Source: Octopus sinensis (taxonomy: Eukaryota). Taken from it: a DNA stretch of 64,000 bases. Shown here piece after piece: positions 55,193 to 64,000 of this stretch; the first letter of the stretch is position 1, and each line of letters opens with the position of its first letter. The translations under genes were made by a program, and so were the position numbers. The stretch spans positions 40,114,001-40,178,000 of the forward strand of contig NC_043010.1 in NCBI RefSeq assembly GCF_006345805.1. The letters run 5' to 3'. Under the pieces are notes generated by a model, which was not told where the DNA came from, made no database searches, and saw only the letters and a program-made list of their open reading frames with translations.

Positions 55193-55863
55193 GGAATAAT
55201 TATTTTATTATAGAAAAATAAGTTAAAATAACATAGAATCATAATTTCTTTTTATCCTAAATAAGAGAAGTGTATTTCCTTTCTGACGATGAGCAATGCT
55301 GGAAACATAAATATCCTCCTTGATCACAAACACACACACACAACTCACATTTCGTAATTCCTTTCTATTGCTGAGTGAACTGGGGTAACGTGAAATAAAG
55401 TTCCTTGCTCAAGAACACATGTAAATTATCATCGACCTCGCATATCACACTAAACAGCAGGCAACCTACAAATCGTCGTATCGAATATGACGGAACAATG
55501 CCATGCCTCTCACCTATCCAAATACGCACAGCTACATAGAGAGAGAGGGGGGGAGCAAACAAATTTAGAAAACCTTGAAAACACAAATGTAAGATGACGA
55601 ACACTGATGACGAAGCAAATATCAGAGAGTCAACACGCGTCTTACGATTACAATGAAGATTGATCTACTCATAGTCTAAACAACATAAAAACGCACACAT
55701 AGACACAGCTATTGACTCAACCATACAAAGATAAGCATACACAAACATACAAACACACGCGCGCACACACACAAATACATTTACATATATATATATACAT
55801 ATATATGTATGTATGTATGTATATATATATATATATATATATAGATATATATATATATGTATA

Positions 55864-55910
<47 letters not shown>

Positions 55911-56231
55911 CGTAAACTTACTTGTATACGTGTGGGTTTATACACATACACATAAGCATGTATACTTACACATACCTATATACAAACACAAAATATACAC
56001 CCAATACATATAACCTTATTGAGGTATACTTTCTTCCTCTCTCTCTATGTCTCTCTCTGTCTCTCTTTCTCTCTCTTTGTGATCGTATACATTTGAATTT
56101 GAAAGGAGCAGGTCACTGTACGAACATTATTCATATGGTATATTGTCTGTGCCCTGGTATTTTCTGTGACGTGTGCCGTTATTGATAACTTACATAACGG
56201 GTACGATGTATATATATATATATATATATAT

Positions 56232-56266
<35 letters not shown>

Positions 56267-57342
56267 TTTTAATGTTGATTGTTGCATTTATTGCAAAACA
56301 CTTATGAGGCGGACTGCATGATTGCATATCACTTCTTCAACAGTTATGTAATTTTTTCGGCATTTTACTGAAATGGCTATGTGCAATATAATGCGTTGAA
56401 TGCCGTACCTGGTTCTGCGTATTATTACTGGTTTAGATATATGTCTCTAGCCGGCCCCGAGGTTGATGTGCCGCGTCGTACTACACTGGATACCGAATCA
56501 GAGTGTGGAACTCACTACTAAGTTCAAGATTTGATTACGCGTTGCACTTTACGGCGTTTCTCTTTCTGATACACACACACACACACACCATTGCACATAG
56601 GCGCACAAACATAAATATATAGAGAGACGGAGAGAAAGAGCGAGAATGAGAAGAAGAGAATAAAAGAGAGATTCCTGTGTGTTTGATTTGACTTTTGGTG
56701 AGAACCTGTTCTGCTGCAGCATTTATGTATGACTGAATAATCTTTACTTCTGCCAATTTCTACTCTCCATTTTATATCTTACACGTACGATGGAATGAAG
56801 AAAAAAAATCAAATAGTGGAGGTTATATAACCAACAACATATATTTGAAGGCGGTGTACCAGCATAATCACATAATCGAAATCAAATCACTGGCACCAGT
56901 TAGAAGAATAATAAAGAAGGTAATGTCTAACACTAAGTAACTGTTGCGCGCGTGAGAATAGTTTTTTCTTCGTTGAATTCAACATATAACAGGGAAAATG
57001 ATAAATAAATGAAAATAAAACATATTAGAAAAAACTATTAATCGAGAGCTCTCATTTTGAGATTGTGTAACATCTATAGCTTTTCTAGGTTTCATTAGCT
57101 ACTCGAGGGAATTCACACAGATCGATTATCAGCGCAAAACAAAAATGAAATGGAATAAAATAAAATTAACAAACCTATCTTATACTGAATTAATATTAAC
57201 CTCACAAAAGAAATATTTTGCGGGTGAATACATATAATCGATCAAATTGACTCTTACATATTATTTGCAAGTTATTTGTATAGATCCACAGAAGCATGAA
57301 ATGTAAATACCAACCGGGTGGAATTTTAAACTGCAATCGGAA

Positions 57343-57617
57343 CTAGAAGAAGGAAAACAAATACAGCAACATAATTGACTGTTTGGCGTGTTGAATTCTC
57401 ATGTCATCTCTAAGGCCCCCACAACTATTGATTTCCATGTAGCGAATTGGTAAATTCGTTAGAACGTCATAAACTCCTTTTTCTGGGAAATTTTGAGTTC
57501 CAGTTCCACAGAGGTAAATTTTGTCTTTCAACCACCCGGAATGAAACGATAAAATAACAATTGATACTGATGAACCCATGGTCACCTTGATGATATATTT
57601 TACCGCTCTTTTGCTTT
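57343..57617 (-). CDS. Candidate coding exon, weakly CUB-domain-like
   Basis: Non-repetitive open frame of about 90 codons after the acceptor ttttgaattcag: KYIIKVTMGSSVSIVILSFHSGWLKDKIYLCGTG. No convincing donor found. Confidence 0.3.
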
Positions 57618-58194
57618 CTGAATTCAAAAGCTAACATGCCTAATTATTTGACTATAAGAACACTTCAAGTTACAAAGGACTAATCTGCACAGATAATGCG
57701 AGACCATTATCCTGAGTCATGGGTTCACACCCGCATAGAATGCAGCGAGGAAGCCATGAGAAATACGATTTTAAATATACACAATGCTACTTCTACTCCT
57801 ATTTTTTTCTCTCCAAACAGTTTTATCACTCTCGCTCTCATATAAACACACATATTCTCTCTTTCTCTTTCTTCATCTTTATTTCTCTCTCTTTCAATTT
57901 TTCTCTCTTTTTCCCTCTCTCTCCCTGTGTTTTGCCATATATTTTTGCAATTTTACAATTTTACAACATTGAAATAATCTCGTACAATCATGCGTTATGC
58001 AGTCATCAGGTGTACATAATGACAGCCGTATTCCACAACTGATAACTACCGCGAAATGGTTAGGTTTATCTTTTAAGTACACTCCGAAGGGCTCCAATAT
58101 TCTGCATCTTACGAACTGTTTTTTGACCAATCAGTATGTGGCTTAGATGCCATGCTTTGGTAACTGCCAACTGAGTTTTAACTGTATTTCTTTT

Positions 58195-58590
58195 CTATTC
58201 TAGACACAAAGCTTACGATTTTTGGGCGAGGAGTCACTCGATTAGATCGACCGCAATACACAACTTGTACTCAATTTATCGACTCCAAAAGGATGAACGG
58301 CAAAGTCGATATCGACAGAATTTGAACTCAGAACGTAACGGCAGACGAAATACATATTTCTTTATTACCCACAAGGGGCTAAACACAGAAGGGACAAACA
58401 AGGACAGACAAACGGATCATGTCGATTATATCGACCTCAGTGCGCAACTGGTACTTATTTAATCGACCACGAAAGAATGAAAGGCAAAGTCGACCTCGGC
58501 GGAATTTGTACTCAGAACGTAGCGGCAGACAAAATACTGCTATGCATTTCGTCCGGCGTGCTAACAGTTCTGCCAGCTCGCCGCCTTCAG
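58195..58590 (-). mobile_element. SINE family C concatemer
   Basis: Two overlapping units with the same restart junction as 38021-38433. Confidence 0.85.
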
Positions 58591-58768
58591 CTATGTATAT
58601 AGGTTGTTTAAGTAATGATCAATGCATGAGTAGACTAAGAGGATTCATTATTGAGGACAAACAATGTAAAACGATATAAAATGCGGATACAAAGAATATA
58701 AAACCAAAAGATAACAATTAGTAGAACCGATGTGTATGTGTGTGTGCGTGTGTGTTTGTGTGTGTGTG

Positions 58769-58930
58769 TTTGTGCGTGTGCGAGTATGTGTGCGTCTATG
58801 TTTGTGCCTGTGTGAGTGTGTGCGCGTATGCGTGTACGTGTGTGTGTGTGTTTGTGCGTGTGCGAGTATGTGTGCGTCTATGTTTGTGCCTGTGTGAGTG
58901 TGTGCGCGTATGCGTGTACGTGTGTGTGTG
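58769..58930. repeat. 82-bp tandem duplication within a TG-rich tract
   Basis: CGAGTATGTGTGCGTCTATG at 58781 and 58863. Confidence 0.85.
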
Positions 58931-59639
58931 TTTTATGTATTGCATGTGATTATTAGAAACATATTTAAATATTGATCATCACATTCATTGATAAGAAACT
59001 GTAACAGTAAGTATCTGACACAAGCAAAACAGAACCCCGACGAACTTTGAACTCCTCCGCCATTTAAAATTGAGGCAACGCTAAGTAGCTGCCCATACCA
59101 CCGGATAGTCAATAATATCGATGAAAAAAGTCGGACCGAATGAAAAAACTGACAAAAATCTTTGATGTACATCTGTATATATGACGCTGCTAAAATTGAT
59201 TGAATTCACATCATGTAATTAATATTTTACAAATGCTTGAAATGGTCAGTAATCTGTCTCGACTTGCAGGCAAACTATCAGATCACGCTTTGTATCAGTA
59301 ACAGACTATTTAGGTCACTGCACGAAATATGGCAAATGATACAAATAACAAACTATATCTTTTATCTCAGTGTATTAAAACAATGCGTTCTTTGAAGCTG
59401 ATGCATAAAACATAAGAATGCCATGGCACACAAGGCCAAAACAAAGAATCAGGTAACGGATGAAAATAATGATAATGCTATAATCTTCAAGTCTCGACAA
59501 TAATACAGTTAAGGCATAATTTGATATCAAGTCAAGAATGAAATATCCGATTTTGAACTGAAAGTTTTTTTGTTATTTTTTTTCACTTTACCTGAACAAA
59601 AAGCAATGCAGTTAATCAAAGTATGCGCCTACATTATGA

Positions 59640-60270
59640 ACGCAATTTTGCCATTTTATCGGTAGCTTATTTATGCCGGCAGCGAACTATTCTGGAGAGC
59701 AAGAGGTGAGGAAATTACGAAAGGATGTTTATGCATGTTCTTCAGATTTTAAGCTTTTTCCTTGCAAAAAGTTATCTAATGCCTGGAAAACGTGAGTGTC
59801 AGTTGGTGCAAGATCCGGTGAATGTAGTGGATGAGAGGGTACTTGCATGTTCAGTTCCTGTAACTTGAATAGCGTTCTTTGTGCAATATGTGGTGGAACA
59901 TTGTCTTGCAAGAGAATTAATTGGCCTGTCTCAGTTGTTTAATTGCAACTTCACTCATCACTTCAGCCAATTGGTTGATGTATACATCTGCTGTAATTGG
60001 CTTACCGAGTCTCATGAAGCTGTAGTGGATGACACCAGTGTTTGTCCCCCAACATAGCTTGACAACCGATGCTGGTGTGTAACGTCCACGTACCTTAGTG
60101 GTTCGGCAAAAGAGACGGATAGAATAAGTACTAGGCTTGCAAAGAGTAACTCCTGGGATCGATTTGCTCGACTAAAGGCGGTGCTCCAGTATGGCCGCAG
60201 TCAAATGACAGGAACAAGTCAAAGAGTAAAAGAGTATTGCATGCATCTGGTGGTTTGCGGTTAGAAGGTT
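59640..60270 (-). mobile_element. Mariner remnant interrupted by SINE A
   Basis: QDNVPPH...HPLHSPDLAPTDTHVFQALDNFLQGK. Confidence 0.8.
60038..60236 (+). mobile_element. SINE family A, 3' half
   Basis: TTTGTCCCCCAACATAGCTTGACAACCG...GAGTAAAAGAG. Confidence 0.85.
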
Positions 60271-60737
60271 TCGATCCTGCACCGACGAGGTTATTACTGC
60301 TATTAGCAATGTTTCTGAATGAATTAATGCATTAAGTGAAGATTAAAAAAATTAATTGGAAATCTGAAAAATTAATCGACTAAAAGTATTGTTATGAGCA
60401 ATAAAAAGCAATCGATGTAAAGTTAGAACCGTTTATTCAACAACTCTGATCAATGTTTTATATAAAATGTTCGGCTTCTCACTGAACAAATACGGAAGTT
60501 ACAAACATAAACCAATTTCGGTAAAGAAATAACGTTTGCACAGAAAGAAAGAAAAATATGAAGAGCGTTAAGAACGAAGATGATGACGACGGCGATGACG
60601 ATGACAACGACGACGATGAGAAATGAAAACGACTGGGAATATATAGGATCAACATTTATATCAATATTAACAAAAGAAGCGCAAAACATATTAAACATCC
60701 TTAGGAAAATACAAGAAAAAGAAAATGGAAGAAAGAG

Positions 60738-60781
<44 letters not shown>

Positions 60782-61324
60782 GGAAAAATACGCAAACTTA
60801 TGCAAACAGAATAATGATGTTATGGCGTCAGGTTTTGTGTAAAATTGCTGGACAGCTTGTGAATCTGTCATCTGTATCTAGAGTCAAGAAGAGCCGACTG
60901 GACATATTATGAGTAGGAAAACTTACATAACAACGGAGTAATTACAACAATATTGACTTTACAACCATTTCATCTTGAAGATATTCTTTTATTCAATTAT
61001 TTTTTTCTCTCTCTCTCTCTCTAGTTTCATTGTTGATGTAAAAATCAATGCTCCTTGGCCTTTTTCGTTGTTTGTAGTTTATATGGCTTGTCTTATCACA
61101 ATTTAACGGTGAAGATGTTTCATGTGTAAAGGGATGGCACTCTGCAGTGAGCCGTCCCGGCGACACCTTCGAACAAGTAAACCGACCTGTTATACATGTT
61201 GTCACTTATCATATGCAAATATCTGTATCCACTGTAAGACAAACAGACCCGACATCAGACACGAACACATACTACACTACATGTGTGTGTATACATGTAT
61301 ACATATATATGCATATATATGTTC

Positions 61325-61373
<49 letters not shown>

Positions 61374-62776
61374 CATACATACATACATACATACATACAT
61401 ACAGCATATACTTATATATATATATATATATATATATATGCATACACACACACACATATATAGATATACAGATGCATACATTCATACTTACATATATGCA
61501 CCAACATTCATATGCATCCACGCACATATATAAAGTGTTTGGGATCGTAGCATCTGGTTATCCACCAACCAAATGTTTGCATGTCATCGTGTCTACATCC
61601 TTATATATCCGCTACACAACTCATGATACCATTTGTACTTATGTATACCTGTATACATTTGTCGTTTCCTTTATGTCCATAAACACACCTGACTGGTGCA
61701 GAACTGCTTAATTCTTTCTCCGATTTGGTGCTGTGCTGCTGGTAATCTTTCCTTTCGTCGTTTTGCACACGTTGATCAATTTATCCATTTCACTGATTTA
61801 TTATTATACATCAGTATAGGAATCTGCTCTCTTGTATATTTCTAATCAGTAATTTTAAATTCGTTTACGTCCTCTTAATTCCTACATGCGCATTCACAAT
61901 TTTCATTTACTAAAATTTTATATCTGACTTGCACCAGTACTATTTTCCTCTCAAGGTTCTAAAGCATACAAACGAACTCCTGATCTCATGCGTTCTATTT
62001 CTATCCCTCTGAGAATAATTGCATAATTTTAAACGTAAAACTCCGCTCTCAATCCGTTCAACACTGTTTTGTCTAGGACATAAGCCTTACATTCAAATCT
62101 TTCTTTACTTAATCAAGGCTAATAATTTCAGCATTGCTACCGAAAATTGTTCTATGTTTAGTACAGAGAAATGTTAGAATGATTTTATTGTATGAGATTA
62201 GAACTATTTGGCATATAAATTTTCTCGTTACAATATTTAATAAGCTTGAGAATATTCTTTGCTTCTGTGACCATTTCCTAATAACCATTAACAATTTTCC
62301 TAATAAAATTCGATTACTATATTCCGTAGATAGGTTTCACTTCTATTTAAAGGACTTAGATCGTTTACTTTCCTATATTTTTGCTCAACTTTAACTTCTA
62401 TTAATAACTATAAAGTAGTTTTGTTGCTATATATTAATGTACAGAGCAACATTCATAACATTTAGCCAAGTCTTTTACATTCATTTATTCTCCATCAATC
62501 TAAAGCATTTTTTTGTCTTTTCCATTTTTCTTTTATTCCGTACTTTTACACATTTTTAATAAAAGGCAAATATGTTTTCACCTATTCACCATTTAATGTA
62601 TATATATATGTATATATATATATGTGTGTGTGTGTGTGTGAAAGCACATGGCTCAGTGGTTAGAGCGCTTACGATCGTGAGGCTCACTTCCCCAGACCAT
62701 GGTTTCTGACTTATTTTAGTAAATAAAAATAATAATAAAAATTATACACACACACACACGCACACACATACACACA

Positions 62777-62832
<56 letters not shown>

Positions 62833-63379
62833 CGTTTCTACATATATGCATATACATATGAATATTATTTTAAACTATTTCAAATTTTTACAAAGTGATG
62901 TATAGATATCACATATTATGATGAATTTTATAAGAACAAAATCCGTTAAGATATTTGTAGAGAGGTTGTTTGATAATACTCGTTCCAAAACTTCCAAAGG
63001 GAAATTTAAGAGACCTGTGGATACTTATAAATCTCTGCACTCATACCAGTTACTCAATGAAGCGTGTATGAGTCATCTAGTTGCTGATTTAAGAATTCTA
63101 GATAACAGCATTTATATTCTGGGTGAGCATTATTATATGGAATATAAGTACCATCTATGGTGTTTTTTGTCAGTGGATTTCTGTAATCATTATTCGGATC
63201 TTGCCAGGTCAAGTATAGTTCATTTTTAATTTCCACGTTCTATTTTCTTTTGCGTTGCACCGGGGTGTGAGTGGAAGCAGAAATTCCTTGGTGGAGATAC
63301 ATTAAATGTGTGTAAATGTGTGTGTGGATATGTATGAATGTGTATACGTACACACACACACAAACATATATATATATAC

Positions 63380-63532
63380 CCTCACACCCATATATTTATA
63401 TATGAATATATATATATATATGTATATATGTATATGTATATATACATATATTTATATATGTATGTCTATATATATATATATAATATATATATATATCATA
63501 TATATATATATATCTATATATATATATTATAT

Positions 63533-63568
<36 letters not shown>

Positions 63569-63579
63569 ATATATAATAT

Positions 63580-63611
<32 letters not shown>

Positions 63612-63626
63612 ATATGATATATATAT

Positions 63627-63661
<35 letters not shown>

Positions 63662-63790
63662 GATATATATATATATGAATATAATATATATATATATATA
63701 ATATATATATATATATATGAATATATATATATATCTATATATATATATATATATATATAAATATACATACATATACATATATATATGTAT
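63380..63790. repeat. Long imperfect (TA)n microsatellite
   Basis: Directly visible. Confidence 0.95.
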
Positions 63791-64000
63791 GTATGCACGT
63801 ATGTATATAAGCGCTTGAATGTGTAACAGTAATGCCCCACCACCGCAACCACCACCACAAATTACACCCCAGCACAATGGGCAAATGCATACAATATTCA
63901 ACCTGAGATAACCTATCATTGATCTGACACGACCTGAACCCCAATTAGCGAAATCTGCAGTCAGCACATGATTTGTACTACACGTATAAAAAAAAATAAT

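Noticed and set aside
56448-56523. GC-rich exon-like segment (GPEVDVPRRTTLDTESECGTHY* on +; VRRGTSTSGPARDIYLN on -)
   Set aside because: Equally plausible on both strands and not linkable to other exons.
61080-61178. + strand exon candidate [23 protein letters not shown]
   Set aside because: Good acceptor, but several competing donors and no supporting neighbouring exons.

Overview
AT-rich, microsatellite-dense eukaryotic genomic DNA. It is most likely from a coleoid cephalopod (Octopus-like); this is inferred from the SINE families and the (TA)n/(TG)n density, not from a database search. Most ORFs in the supplied track are microsatellite artefacts. The window is dominated by mobile DNA: about 15 copies of one tRNA-like SINE with an internal (TA)n(TG)n tract, many copies and concatemers of a second CORE-like SINE, a third tRNA-derived SINE, a nested V-SINE-like copy, decayed LINEs (CR1-like RT, Tx1/L1 3' end, R4/Dong 3' end), a Penelope-like element with a GIY-YIG endonuclease, several mariner/Tc1 remnants and a hAT-Charlie MITE. 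No host gene could be named; a few phase-compatible minus-strand exon candidates suggest a large multi-exon gene. The most notable feature is a set of hammerhead ribozyme (HHR) elements. These are a non-coding 465-nt tandem repeat with two catalytically complete type I HHR cores (retrozyme-like, 43941-44813), an inverted HHR pair (28051-28274), a decayed HHR just 3' of the GIY-YIG ORF, and a dispersed (TA)n-associated family whose three copies all carry a non-canonical CUGU core.
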